Part shown: one piece after another, positions 9,380 through 19,136 of the stretch | Numbering within the stretch: the stretch's first letter is position 1 | How the letters are laid out: the number at the start of each line of letters is the position of its first letter | Assembly: GCA_964546555.1 (NCBI GenBank) | Contig: CAZJJX010000002.1 | Span: forward strand, 16,263 to 80,262 | Direction of reading: 5' to 3' | DNA length: 64,000 nt | From: an uncultured Candidatus Saccharibacteria bacterium | GTDB taxonomy: Bacteria > Patescibacteriota > Minisyncoccia > Phycocordibacterales > UBA5272 | The notes under the pieces: model-generated | Databases searched by the model: none | The model's input: the letters and a program-made list of their open reading frames with translations, nothing else | Told to the model about the DNA's origin: nothing | Position numbers and translations under genes: made by a program

Positions 9380-9512
9380 GAGATATTCTAGATAACTAGT
9401 AGAACCTTAATAATTAAGGGAGTCATTGCACTCTAAAGCAAGGTGGTACCACGGTTTATAAAAATCGTCCTTGAGAAAACAAGCACATTGTTTTCTTAGG
9501 GGCGATTTTTGC
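9380..9512 (+). promoter_or_regulatory. compact T-box riboswitch leader of ileS
   Basis: T-box motif 'AGCAAGGUGGUACCACGG' (9435-9454). Antiterminator: CAAGG / 7-nt bulge UGGUACC / ACGG ... UCGU-CCUUG. Mutually exclusive terminator hairpin AATCGTCCTTGAGAAAACAA...TTGTTTTCTTAGGGGCGATT + TTTTT (9462-9510). Short stem-loop with AUAA in loop (9386-9404). Confidence 0.6.
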
Positions 9513-9553
9513 TTTATATTACTACTAACGCGTTATCAATTACATTTATTACT

Positions 9554-12500
9554 ATGCCTCCAAAATCAATTTCAGAAAAAGAACAAGAAGTGCTCAAATT
9601 CTGGGAAGATAATCACATCTTTGAAAAGTCAGTCAATATGCCTGCAGGCGAACAAGCGCGGGGTAACTTTTCATTTTATGACGGACCACCGTTTGCAACG
9701 GGCCTACCACACTACGGACATATCTTAGCTGGAACTATTAAGGATGCAGTTCCACGTTATCAGACGATGAAAGGAAACTCTGTTCGTCGTGTGTGGGGGT
9801 GGGATTGTCATGGGCTTCCCATTGAAAATTTGATTGAAAAGAAACTTGGGCTTGCAAGTAAAAAGGATATAGAAGATTTTGGAATTGATAAGTTTAATAA
9901 TGATGCGTACCAAAGTGTGCTTCAGTATGAAGAAGAGTGGAAGGGTATTGTTCCGCGTCTTGGAAGATGGATCGATATGGAAAAACCGTATAAGACAATG
10001 GATGCATCATATACGGAAAGTATTTGGTGGGCATGGAAGTCACTCTATGAAAAAAAACTTGCATACGAAGGCAACAAGATGATGCACATTTGTCCTCGTT
10101 GTGAAACAACACTTGCCCAGAGTGAGGTAGGTATGGAGTATCACGATGTTACAGATATTTCCGTCACCGCAAAATTTGAGCTTAAAGATGAGCCGGAAAC
10201 ATTTGTTCTTGCGTGGACAACAACACCATGGACTCTCCCTGGCAATACCGCGCTTGCTATTAATATAGCAATTCCTTATGTAAAAGTGCGAGCTACAAAA
10301 AATGACGGAGTGATAGAATTTTATATTTTAGCAGAAGCAAAGTTTGCAGATTATAAGGTCTATGCAGAAAAAGATTTTAGTAATTTTGAAATAGTGGAGC
10401 AATTACAAGGAAGTGAGCTTGTTGGTAAAACATACAAACCGGTGTTTCCGTATTTTGAAAATGCTGATATAGAAAACAAAGAACATATTTGGAAAGTTTG
10501 GCATGCAGATTTTATTACAGCAGACACTGGAACTGGTATTGCTCACGAAGCTCCAGCATTTGGTGCTGAGGACATGGAACTTGCCAAGGCGCATAAGATT
10601 CCTATTATCAAGCATGTGAAAATGGATGGAACATTTACTTCATCTGTAACAGATTTTGCTGGGATGAAAGTAAAAGTAAAAGACGACACCCAGTCTGCAG
10701 ACATTGAGATTATTAAGTGGCTTGCTCATAATGGTAAGCTCTTTGAGAAGCATAAAATTATTCACTCGTATCCACTTTGTTGGCGATGTAAAACACCGCT
10801 TCTTAACTATGCAACATCGTCGTGGTTTGTGGATGTTCCGAAAATAAAGGAGAAGCTTCTTAGTGAGAACAAGCAGATTGGATGGACGCCATCTCATACC
10901 CGTGACGGACGTTTCGGTAAATGGCTTGAAGGTGCTCGTGAGTGGGCTGTGTCACGTTCAAGATACTGGGGTGCACCACTTCCTGTATGGAAGAATAGTG
11001 ATGGTAGTGAAGTAAAAGTAATTGGCTCACTCAAAGAGCTTGCAGAAGCTAATATGGTAAAGCCAAAGAATACATATTTTGCTATGCGTCATGGGGAATC
11101 TGTTTTTAATACACTTAATAAATTAGATTCACTAGGAAATAAAGATAATGTTCTTACCAAAAAAGGTGTTGGTCAAATAAAGGAAGCAATTAGTAAGCTT
11201 AAGGATCTTAAGGTTGATGTTATTATCTCTTCACCATTACCTCGTACAATAGAGAGTGCGGAGATTCTGTCAGAGGCACTTGGTATCAAGTATGAGGTTG
11301 ATGAAAACTTGCGAGAATTTAATTTTGGGGAGTACGAAAATGTCTCAGCATCAGAGTTTCATGAGATGAAAGATATTCACGAGAATCCATATAAGCGAGT
11401 TCCAGGTGGAGAGTCGTTTAAGGATGGTGCGTACAGATTCATGAAAGTTGTTGGTGCATGCGAAGAGAATTATACAAATAAAAAGATCCTCCTTGTTACT
11501 CATGGATCACATGTCTATATGGGTACTCGTGAAGCAGAATTAGTAACAGATGAGATGATGATACATGGAGGAAAAGACGGACATACAATCAATGTTAAAA
11601 ATGGAGACGTTGTTTCTTTTACTCCACACTGTGTTCCTCGAGATGAGACTGGTGCAGTTAATCTCCATCGTCCATACATTGACCAGATTGAGATGATTGA
11701 CAGTAAAGGAAATCCTATGAAGCGTATAGGGGATGTGTTTGACTGTTGGTTTGAGTCTGGGTCTATGCCGTTTGCGTCTATTCATTATCCATTTGAGAAT
11801 AAAGAAGTTTTTGATAAAAATTATCCAGCGCAGTTTATTGCGGAGGGGATGGATCAGACCAGAGGTTGGTTCTACTCGCTCATTAACCTTGGTGTTGGAT
11901 TATTTGATAAGGCACCCTATGAACATGTGATAGTAAATGGGTTAGTGCTTGCGTCTTCAGGAGTAAAGCTCTCTAAGAGTGAAAAGAATTACACTGACCC
12001 GATGGAGCTTGTAGAGAAGTATGGAGCTGATGCAATGCGTTATGCGCTTCTGTCTTCTCCTGTCGTAAAAGGTGAGAACTTACAATTTGATGATGAGAAT
12101 ATTTCTGATGTGTATAAGAAATGCATTAGTCGACTCGAAAACGTTGTAACACTCTATGAGATGAATAAGGAAGATGAGGTGCAAGCATCAACAAGTTCAA
12201 CAAACATACTCGATAGATGGATGGTTGCACGTATGCACGAGCTTGTAGAAAGCTCTACTCGTGGTTATGATCAATACTTACTCGATGACGCTACTCGAGG
12301 AATAGGAGATATCATAGATGATATATCAGTTTGGTATACACGTAGAAGTCGCGAGCGTCTTAAGGGTGATGAAGGAGAGGACGCAAAGCGCGAAGCATAC
12401 CAAACACTTACTTACACGTTACTTACACTTGCAAAAATCATGGCACCAGTGATGCCATTTATCGCCGAGCGAGTCTATAAAGCAGTTGGCGGAGAAAAGG

Positions 12501-13009
12501 AGTCGGTACATCTTGATAGTTGGCCTACAGAAAGTGCTATCGACACTGATCTCATTACTGATATGAAATTAGTTCGTGAGCTTGTATCACTTGGTCTTAT
12601 GAAGCGCACAGAGTCAAAGATAAACGTGAAGCAACCATTACTTTCAGTAACTTTTAATAGAGCTCTTGATGAAAAGTATTTCGGTCTGATAATCGATGAG
12701 CTCAATGTTAAAGAAGTAAAGATTGACGAAACCTCAATAGTCGACGTGATACTTAATACAACCATTACAGAAGAATTACAAAAAGAAGGAGATATGCGTA
12801 AGCTCATGCGTGCTATTCAGGATGCCCGAAAAGAAAAAGGACTATCTCCAAGTGATAGTGTTACTCTTATCGTTTCCTCTCTTACGCTTCTTTCAGACGA
12901 TACCCAACTTCGTGCAACCTGTAAAATATCTTCAATCAAAGAAGATGTGTCTATTGTGTCTAATCCAACAGATTTTTCTCAACACACTTTGTATTTTGGT
13001 ATTGAATAA
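9554..13009 (+). CDS. ileS: isoleucine--tRNA ligase, type 2 (eukaryote-like) with an inserted histidine-phosphatase domain
   Basis: 'FYDGPPFATGLPHYGHIL' (HIGH), CP1 editing region, 'RVGDVFDCWFESGSMP' and 'NLHRPYID' type-2 blocks, 'KLSKS' (KMSKS). Start taken at MPPKSI (ORF track 9509). Confidence 0.9.
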   Translation: MPPKSISEKEQEVLKFWEDNHIFEKSVNMPAGEQARGNFSFYDGPPFATGLPHYGHILAGTIKDAVPRYQTMKGNSVRRVWGWDCHGLPIENLIEKKLGLASKKDIEDFGIDKFNNDAYQSVLQYEEEWKGIVPRLGRWIDMEKPYKTMDASYTESIWWAWKSLYEKKLAYEGNKMMHICPRCETTLAQSEVGMEYHDVTDISVTAKFELKDEPETFVLAWTTTPWTLPGNTALAINIAIPYVKVRATKNDGVIEFYILAEAKFADYKVYAEKDFSNFEIVEQLQGSELVGKTYKPVFPYFENADIENKEHIWKVWHADFITADTGTGIAHEAPAFGAEDMELAKAHKIPIIKHVKMDGTFTSSVTDFAGMKVKVKDDTQSADIEIIKWLAHNGKLFEKHKIIHSYPLCWRCKTPLLNYATSSWFVDVPKIKEKLLSENKQIGWTPSHTRDGRFGKWLEGAREWAVSRSRYWGAPLPVWKNSDGSEVKVIGSLKELAEANMVKPKNTYFAMRHGESVFNTLNKLDSLGNKDNVLTKKGVGQIKEAISKLKDLKVDVIISSPLPRTIESAEILSEALGIKYEVDENLREFNFGEYENVSASEFHEMKDIHENPYKRVPGGESFKDGAYRFMKVVGACEENYTNKKILLVTHGSHVYMGTREAELVTDEMMIHGGKDGHTINVKNGDVVSFTPHCVPRDETGAVNLHRPYIDQIEMIDSKGNPMKRIGDVFDCWFESGSMPFASIHYPFENKEVFDKNYPAQFIAEGMDQTRGWFYSLINLGVGLFDKAPYEHVIVNGLVLASSGVKLSKSEKNYTDPMELVEKYGADAMRYALLSSPVVKGENLQFDDENISDVYKKCISRLENVVTLYEMNKEDEVQASTSSTNILDRWMVARMHELVESSTRGYDQYLLDDATRGIGDIIDDISVWYTRRSRERLKGDEGEDAKREAYQTLTYTLLTLAKIMAPVMPFIAERVYKAVGGEKESVHLDSWPTESAIDTDLITDMKLVRELVSLGLMKRTESKINVKQPLLSVTFNRALDEKYFGLIIDELNVKEVKIDETSIVDVILNTTITEELQKEGDMRKLMRAIQDARKEKGLSPSDSVTLIVSSLTLLSDDTQLRATCKISSIKEDVSIVSNPTDFSQHTLYFGIE
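11066..11560 (+). other. in-frame inserted histidine phosphatase (PGAM/branch-1) domain within IleRS
   Basis: 'YFAMRHGESVFN' (RHGE catalytic His motif), 'VIISSPLPRTIESAEIL', 'ILLVTHGSHV' (C-terminal HG). Lies between the 'WGAPLPVW...VIGSLKELAEA' and 'NLHRPYID' blocks that are ~40 aa apart in ordinary type-2 IleRS. Confidence 0.7.
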
Positions 13010-13041
13010 TAACTAAAAACTGACAACTACTAACTGTCCTG

Positions 13042-13596
13042 ATGGCCATCGAAAAGTATACAACCAAAGCAATAGTTCTTGAATGGTACGATCAAGGGGA
13101 GCACGATCGTGTCTTTAAAGTTTTTACACGAGAGTTCGGTCTTCTTATGTGTCACGCAAAGAGTGTTCGTAAACTAGAGAGTAAATTACGTGCGCATCTT
13201 CTACCTCGCTCGGTTAGTCTTATTACCCTTGTTCAAGGGAAGGAAGTTTGGCGACTTGTTGGTGCAGAACATGAGCATGTTGCTTCACCTTATATTCATG
13301 ATGTGGTGCAACTCCTTAAACGGTTTGTAAGAGGTGAAGGTGAACATACTTTTCTTTATGACAGGCTGACAGAGTTTCTTACGTGTAATCATGTATATGA
13401 TGAGCAAACAACGAGATTGCTGCTTTATTTTATGATGCTTACTGAGCTCGGGTATGCGGATGCAAAAGTTCTCGGAGTTACTTCTCATAAGGACTACTCT
13501 GAACTTCAAATTGAAGATCTGTATACTCATCTTCTTCTTACAAAACAGCAAGTCAGAAAGCATATTCAAGAAGTTCTGCTAGAAATGCACCTTTAG
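13042..13596 (+). CDS. recO: DNA repair protein RecO (short form)
   Basis: N-terminal OB-fold pattern 'KAIVLEWYDQGEHDRVFKVFTREFG...KSVRK..SK'; length 184 aa is short for RecO. Confidence 0.55.
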   Translation: MAIEKYTTKAIVLEWYDQGEHDRVFKVFTREFGLLMCHAKSVRKLESKLRAHLLPRSVSLITLVQGKEVWRLVGAEHEHVASPYIHDVVQLLKRFVRGEGEHTFLYDRLTEFLTCNHVYDEQTTRLLLYFMMLTELGYADAKVLGVTSHKDYSELQIEDLYTHLLLTKQQVRKHIQEVLLEMHL

Positions 13597-13634
13597 GTAC
13601 ACGAAGAGATTTTTCTTCTGATATACTTGGTGGT

Positions 13635-15515
13635 ATGGATCAACTGCCAAAACCTAGCACCACAGATGACAATCTTCATGCAATAGATTCGATAGAGCAC
13701 GAGCTCTACAATCCAAATGTGCACGCACATCAAGCAGAGACACATCGTGTAAAAACTCACAGATCACTTAACCTCCCTCAGTCGTGGGGAGAAGAGGCTC
13801 CTCTTGTTGTTAAAATAAAAGAAGAAGGCGGGTCAACCTTTGGAACAAAATTGCTTCTTATTGCGACGTTGTTTTTTTTGGTAATGCTTGGATTCTCTGC
13901 GTGGAGAGTAATGTCTGCACGTAATGTTGTATCTGCAAACAATATAGACATGACCGCAGATATGGAAGCCTTTGTTGAAGGAGGGGAACGTGCACCTCTT
14001 ACACTTCGTCTTAGAAATCGTAATCGTGCACCCCTTGAGTCTACAAACATTACACTTTCCTATAAGCAAGGAAGCGGATCGCAGGATGAACAAGAGAAAA
14101 AAATAGAAAAGAAGGACCTCGGGACTCTTGCACCAGATGCAGCACTAGCGCTTGACTACGGGGTTGTGCTTTATGGAAGTGAAGGTGAGACGCGTGACAT
14201 TACACTTAAGCTTGAATATAAGGTTGCGGGGTCTAATTCGTATTTTACAAAAACAGTACAGAAGCAAGTTATTTTGCGCTCCCCACCAATCTCTGTTGGA
14301 ATTGACGGTCCAGAAAAACTATCTCTTGGACAAAGCGGGGTATATGTTTTTACTGTTCGTAATAACTCCGCAACCTCCTCTGTTGCAAGTGTTTTACGTC
14401 TTCAGTTTCCAGAAAATTTTAAGCTAGAAAAGACTGATAGTAAACCAATAGGTCGCAGCACATCATGGAATGTCCCTAGGCTTTCAAAAGGGGATTCGTT
14501 CTCGGTGACTGTTACGGGGTCATTCAGTACAAAAGAAGGTGAGAAGAGTGCGCTCTTGGCACAGGTTGGTTTGGCTGGAGATTCACCTTCTGAAATTGGC
14601 CTTGTGTTTTCTTCTGCAAGTTATGATGTAGCAATGAGAACATCACCACTCCTTGTTGTGCAAGATTTGTCATCAGAAAGTTCTCTTAATGAATTTATAA
14701 AGTACGGTGATCGTGCGCGTGTAAAAATTACCTACACAAATAGTAGCAATGAGCCACTAGAAGATGTTTCTATAGTTCTGAAACTCTCAGGGGATGCACC
14801 TATATATGCTTCTGTTGAACCGGGGGATGGGTATTATAATTCTGTAGATAAAACCATAACATGGAATAAAGCAAATAGTCCTGATCTTGCAATCCTTGCA
14901 CCAAATGCAAATGGAACATTAAATCTTTCAATTCCAATTGTTGCAAAAGGTATAAATTCTCCCGTGCTTACACTTACAACAACGGGAGTTGCTACTGCAA
15001 AATTAACTGACGATGTAGTTACAAATGTTACAAAAACATACGGAGTCTCGGGTAGTGCGACACTTCAAGCAGGCACACAGTATAAGACTTCTTCGTTTAC
15101 AAATACTGGCCCTATTCCTCCTCGTCCGAATCAAGAAACAACCTATACAGCAAATTTAAAAGTTGTTGCACAAAATGCCATTGTTAATACTAAGGTCTCA
15201 TTTACATTACCTATCTATGTTACATGGCGTGGCGTAACTTCAGACCCTGCTGTTACCTATGATGCAAAACGAAGAACAGTCACCTGGAATATTGGTAGTC
15301 TAGATCAAGGAAAAACTGCAAGCGTAGACGTTGGACTTCTTGTGAAACCTTCACAAAGTCACGTCGGTCAATCTCCTCCGATTACTTCTGGTATTGTACT
15401 TGATGCTGACGAGGCGGTATCGAGAACTCATATAAAGAGCACGCTCTCTGCACTCACGACAGCTCTTCGTAATGAGTTGTGGCCAACTAATCCATCTATT
15501 GTTGTTGATAAGTAG
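13635..15515 (+). CDS. membrane-anchored extracellular protein with repeated beta-sandwich (CARDB/DUF11-like) modules
   Basis: Cytoplasmic N-term, TM 'LLLIATLFFLVMLGF', then repeated 'TLRLRNRNRAPLE', 'VFTVRNNSATSS', 'KITYTNSSNEPLEDVSI' modules. Confidence 0.5.
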   Translation: MDQLPKPSTTDDNLHAIDSIEHELYNPNVHAHQAETHRVKTHRSLNLPQSWGEEAPLVVKIKEEGGSTFGTKLLLIATLFFLVMLGFSAWRVMSARNVVSANNIDMTADMEAFVEGGERAPLTLRLRNRNRAPLESTNITLSYKQGSGSQDEQEKKIEKKDLGTLAPDAALALDYGVVLYGSEGETRDITLKLEYKVAGSNSYFTKTVQKQVILRSPPISVGIDGPEKLSLGQSGVYVFTVRNNSATSSVASVLRLQFPENFKLEKTDSKPIGRSTSWNVPRLSKGDSFSVTVTGSFSTKEGEKSALLAQVGLAGDSPSEIGLVFSSASYDVAMRTSPLLVVQDLSSESSLNEFIKYGDRARVKITYTNSSNEPLEDVSIVLKLSGDAPIYASVEPGDGYYNSVDKTITWNKANSPDLAILAPNANGTLNLSIPIVAKGINSPVLTLTTTGVATAKLTDDVVTNVTKTYGVSGSATLQAGTQYKTSSFTNTGPIPPRPNQETTYTANLKVVAQNAIVNTKVSFTLPIYVTWRGVTSDPAVTYDAKRRTVTWNIGSLDQGKTASVDVGLLVKPSQSHVGQSPPITSGIVLDADEAVSRTHIKSTLSALTTALRNELWPTNPSIVVDK

Positions 15516-15615
15516 AGGGTGAAGGGGAGGTGGGTTAAGGGGTTAGTGGTAGGTACATACAAATACAATGAGGTACCAATACCCGCTAGTTTCTAACTTG
15601 TGCTAGAATACGCTC

Positions 15616-16659
15616 ATGAAGGAAAATCTTACTATTTCAATCTCATCGGGCACCATTATTAAGGTTCTAGCTTGGATTACTGTGTTTGCTGCACTTTTAT
15701 ACATAAATGATTTTGTTATTGCACTTTTAGTTGCTGTCGTCCTTGCATCTTCTGTTGAAATGCCTGTACGAAAACTTGTGAAATGGGGAGCCCCACGAGC
15801 CCTTGCGGTGACTGGACTGTTTCTTTTCTTACTCATTCTTGTCGCAGCTATTATGCTTTTGTTTCTTCCGCCGATTGCGGATGACATTGCAAGGTTTATT
15901 AAGACGCTTCCTACGCTCCTTGAATCACTTAGAATTTTCGGTAAAGATCTCGGTCTTAAGGACCTCTCGCTTATGGTTGCGCAGCTGTCTCAAGATATTT
16001 CTAAAGGGCAGATACTCACGATTCTCAAGAATATTTTTATAGGATCCGGTAGTTTCTTTGCAACAACATCAGTTGTTATTGGAAGTCTTCTTAATCTTTT
16101 GCTTACTTTTGTTCTTGCGTTCTATCTTGCGCTTGAAGAAGATGGAGTTCATAAATTTTTACGATTGATTGTTCCAAAGCACCAAGAAGAATACATTGAT
16201 AACCTATGGAGTCGAGCCCAAAGAAAAATTGGTCTATGGATGCAAGGACAATTACTTCTTTCTCTTCTTGTTGCACTGCTTGTATATATACCGATGCTTA
16301 TCCTTGATATGCCGTATGCGTCGCTTCTTGCAATCATTGCATTCTTTGGAGAACTTATTCCAATGGTTGGTTTGACAATTGCAACAGTTCCAGCGCTTTT
16401 TATTGCGTGGGCACACGGTGGACTTTCACTCCTTGGAATTGTTGGACTTATTTATTTTGTAATCGGGCAACTTGAAGGTAATGTTCTTTATCCAAAAGTA
16501 ATGAATAAGATGGTAGGTGTACCGTCTATCATTGTGCTCATTGCTCTTGTTGTTGGTGCTAAGTTTGCGGGAATCTGGGGGATGATACTTGCAGTACCAC
16601 TTGCAGCAATTGTGATGGAACTTATTAATGATATAGATAAACGAAAATCAAATGCCTAA
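15616..16659 (+). CDS. AI-2E family transporter (PerM/YhhT-like, UPF0118)
   Basis: 8-TM topology and conserved 'P..LV.WG.PR.LAV' block of the AI-2E family. Confidence 0.65.
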   Translation: MKENLTISISSGTIIKVLAWITVFAALLYINDFVIALLVAVVLASSVEMPVRKLVKWGAPRALAVTGLFLFLLILVAAIMLLFLPPIADDIARFIKTLPTLLESLRIFGKDLGLKDLSLMVAQLSQDISKGQILTILKNIFIGSGSFFATTSVVIGSLLNLLLTFVLAFYLALEEDGVHKFLRLIVPKHQEEYIDNLWSRAQRKIGLWMQGQLLLSLLVALLVYIPMLILDMPYASLLAIIAFFGELIPMVGLTIATVPALFIAWAHGGLSLLGIVGLIYFVIGQLEGNVLYPKVMNKMVGVPSIIVLIALVVGAKFAGIWGMILAVPLAAIVMELINDIDKRKSNA

Positions 16660-18097
16660 AGAATCAAAACGAACACTGCTCTCAACTGCAATCGCCTATG
16701 CAAATGGTGTCCCACATATTGGACATGCTTTTGAATGTGTTATGGCAGATTCGCTTGCGCGTTATTATAAGACAAAGTACGACACATATTTTATTACAGG
16801 TATGGATGAGCATGGGCAGAAGATAGAAGAGAAAGCGAATGAGAAAAATATCCCTGCGCAAAAGTTTGTTGATAGTTATGCTGAGGCATTTAAGTCGCTT
16901 GATAATGAGTTAAGTGTTGCGTATGATTTTTTTGTTCGTACAAGCGATAAAGAAAAACATTACATAGGTGCGCAGTATCTATGGAATAAACTTCTGGAAA
17001 GAGGTGACCTAGAAAAGCGTACGTATAAGGCTCTCTATTGTGTTGGTTGTGAAGAATTCAAAACAGAGAAGGACTTAAATGAAGAAGGTCTATGTCCGGC
17101 ACATCTTAAGAAGCCAGAAATTGTAGAAGAAGAAAATTATTTCTTTACTCTCCACAAATACACTGCCGCCATAAAGGACGCAATAGAAAAAGGTGAAATG
17201 GAAATTGTTCCACAAACTCGTAAGAATGAAATCCTTGCTTTTCTTGACCGTGGACTTGAAGATGTTTCATTCTCTCGACCTAAGAGTAAAGTGTCGTGGG
17301 GGATACCAGTGCCAGGCGATGATACTCAGGTGATGTATGTGTGGTGTGATGCGCTCTCAAATTACATTACAGCAATCGGATATGGAACTGATGGTTTTGA
17401 TGAAGAAAGATGGAATGATGCAACTCATATTATTGGTAAAGATATTTTGCGTTTTCATGCTGCCATTTGGCCGGGTATGCTTTTGTCTGCAGGACTCCCA
17501 CTACCAAAGAGGATCCTTGTTCATGGTCATATTACAAGTGGTGGACAGAAAATGAGTAAATCACTAGGTAACGTTATTGATCCACGTGAAATAATCGACC
17601 TCTTTCAACCCGTATGTCATGATCTCGCAGGGGAAGCTCTTAGATTTATCGTGCTTCATGAAGTGCCTTCATTTGAAGATGGAGATATCACTCTTGATTC
17701 AATTAAGTCACTCTATACTGCGCATCTTGCAAATGGAATTGGTAATCTTACGAATCGTATAATGAAAATGGCAATTACTCACAGTGTATTATCAAGTGGT
17801 GCAATAGATATTCCTCCTGTGTATCAATCACTTGACGAATTTAATGTAAAAGGTGCGCTTAATAATTTGGTCACGGCCATAACATCACTTGATCGTAAGA
17901 TACAAGAAGAAGAAGCATTTAAGGTGATAAAAGTTGATCAAGAAAAAGGAAAGGAATATATTGCTAAGTATGTATGTGAATTAAGAGGTATAGCAAATGT
18001 GCTTGCATTCTTTATGCCACGAACATCTTCTAAAATTCTTGAATGTATTATCGAAAATAAGATGCCTGAAAAGCCACTATTTGGTCGTCTCTCATAA
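16652..18097 (+). CDS. metG: methionine--tRNA ligase (minimal form, no C-terminal tRNA-binding extension)
   Basis: 'YANGVPHIGHAFECVMAD' (HIGH), zinc knuckle 'CVGCEEF...CPAH', 'KMSKSLGNVIDP' (KMSKS); overlaps upstream gene by 8 nt. Confidence 0.9.
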   Translation: MPKESKRTLLSTAIAYANGVPHIGHAFECVMADSLARYYKTKYDTYFITGMDEHGQKIEEKANEKNIPAQKFVDSYAEAFKSLDNELSVAYDFFVRTSDKEKHYIGAQYLWNKLLERGDLEKRTYKALYCVGCEEFKTEKDLNEEGLCPAHLKKPEIVEEENYFFTLHKYTAAIKDAIEKGEMEIVPQTRKNEILAFLDRGLEDVSFSRPKSKVSWGIPVPGDDTQVMYVWCDALSNYITAIGYGTDGFDEERWNDATHIIGKDILRFHAAIWPGMLLSAGLPLPKRILVHGHITSGGQKMSKSLGNVIDPREIIDLFQPVCHDLAGEALRFIVLHEVPSFEDGDITLDSIKSLYTAHLANGIGNLTNRIMKMAITHSVLSSGAIDIPPVYQSLDEFNVKGALNNLVTAITSLDRKIQEEEAFKVIKVDQEKGKEYIAKYVCELRGIANVLAFFMPRTSSKILECIIENKMPEKPLFGRLS

Positions 18098-18459
18098 TGA
18101 AAAAGATATACAACAAGTTAGTGAGAGATAAGATGGTTGATATCTATCAGCATGATGTTGAGAACAAAATTAGTGCGAGTGGCTATAGTGTGCGATACAT
18201 GGAAAAGACCGAGACACTTGAGAGATTGAAAGATAAACTTCTCGAGGAAGCACAAGAAGTGTTTGAGGCATATAACAATGAGGACAAATCGCATCTCAAA
18301 GAAGAGATTGCGGACGTGATAGAAGTTATCGATGCAATTTTGTATCACAATACTATTACACTTGAAGAAGTGCTTGCAATTCGTGATGCAAAAAAAGAAA
18401 AGAAGGGTGGTTTTGAAAAAGGTATTTATTTAGAAAGTATAGATTATTTTGAAAAGTAA
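18097..18459 (+). CDS. MazG-like all-alpha nucleoside triphosphate pyrophosphohydrolase
   Basis: 'KLVRDK', 'EEAQEVFEA', 'EEIADVIEVIDAIL' EExxE/ExxAD metal-binding helices of MazG/HisE-like NTP-PPases; start overlaps metG stop (ATAATG). Confidence 0.6.
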   Translation: MKKIYNKLVRDKMVDIYQHDVENKISASGYSVRYMEKTETLERLKDKLLEEAQEVFEAYNNEDKSHLKEEIADVIEVIDAILYHNTITLEEVLAIRDAKKEKKGGFEKGIYLESIDYFEK

Positions 18460-18465
18460 ACGTAT

Positions 18466-19077
18466 ATGACCCCACACGCACAAGGCCTTGTTGATATCGG
18501 TAGATTGGTTTTACAATTTGCAAAAGTAAATCGCGTGACACTTCATGAGGATGGCAAACGTCTTGAATCTGACACAGATCACACAGTAATGTTGTCTGTA
18601 GCTTCGCTTGCTCTTGGTGAACGGTTATATCATGGAGAACTTGATCTTGGGATGGTTGCACAATTTGCAATTGTTCATGATTTGGTAGAGGTGTATGCTA
18701 TGGACACGGATAGTTTTGGTATTAGCGATGCAAAGCGTAAAGAAAAAGAAGAGCGAGAACATAAAGCCTATCTTCGCATCGAGGGTGAATTTAAAGATGT
18801 CTACCCATGGATACCTAACACAATCAAAAAATATGAAGCACTCGACACCAAGGAGGCTCGTTTTGTAAAGACGCTTGATAAAGCAATGTCGAAGATAACA
18901 CATATTTTAAATAACGGGCAGTATTTTAAGAATAGAGGATTATCTGAAGAAGTAATGTGGCGCGATTATACTGAAGTGGTGAAGACGGCAGAGAGTAAAT
19001 ATGGCGCTGAATTTCCAGAAATAATAAGCATTATGGAAGAAATGATGGAGGAAGCAAGAAAGAAGACGTATAGCTAA
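18466..19077 (+). CDS. HD-domain hydrolase, YfbR-like 5'-deoxynucleotidase family
   Basis: 'ESDTDHTVMLS' (H...H) and 'AIVHDLVEVYAMDTD' (HD...D) motifs. Confidence 0.65.
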   Translation: MTPHAQGLVDIGRLVLQFAKVNRVTLHEDGKRLESDTDHTVMLSVASLALGERLYHGELDLGMVAQFAIVHDLVEVYAMDTDSFGISDAKRKEKEEREHKAYLRIEGEFKDVYPWIPNTIKKYEALDTKEARFVKTLDKAMSKITHILNNGQYFKNRGLSEEVMWRDYTEVVKTAESKYGAEFPEIISIMEEMMEEARKKTYS

Positions 19078-19136
19078 CAGCACGGTATGTTTCGCATTTT
19101 AGCTCCTCGTATGTAATACTAATTACAATATATTCT

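Noticed and set aside
9471-9728. 85-aa ORF overlapping the ileS leader and start
   Set aside because: It overlaps the T-box structure and the conserved IleRS N-terminus in another frame, and it has low-complexity composition.
9894-13016. Several 60-110-aa ORFs inside ileS on either strand
   Set aside because: They are embedded in a continuous, motif-rich IleRS frame.
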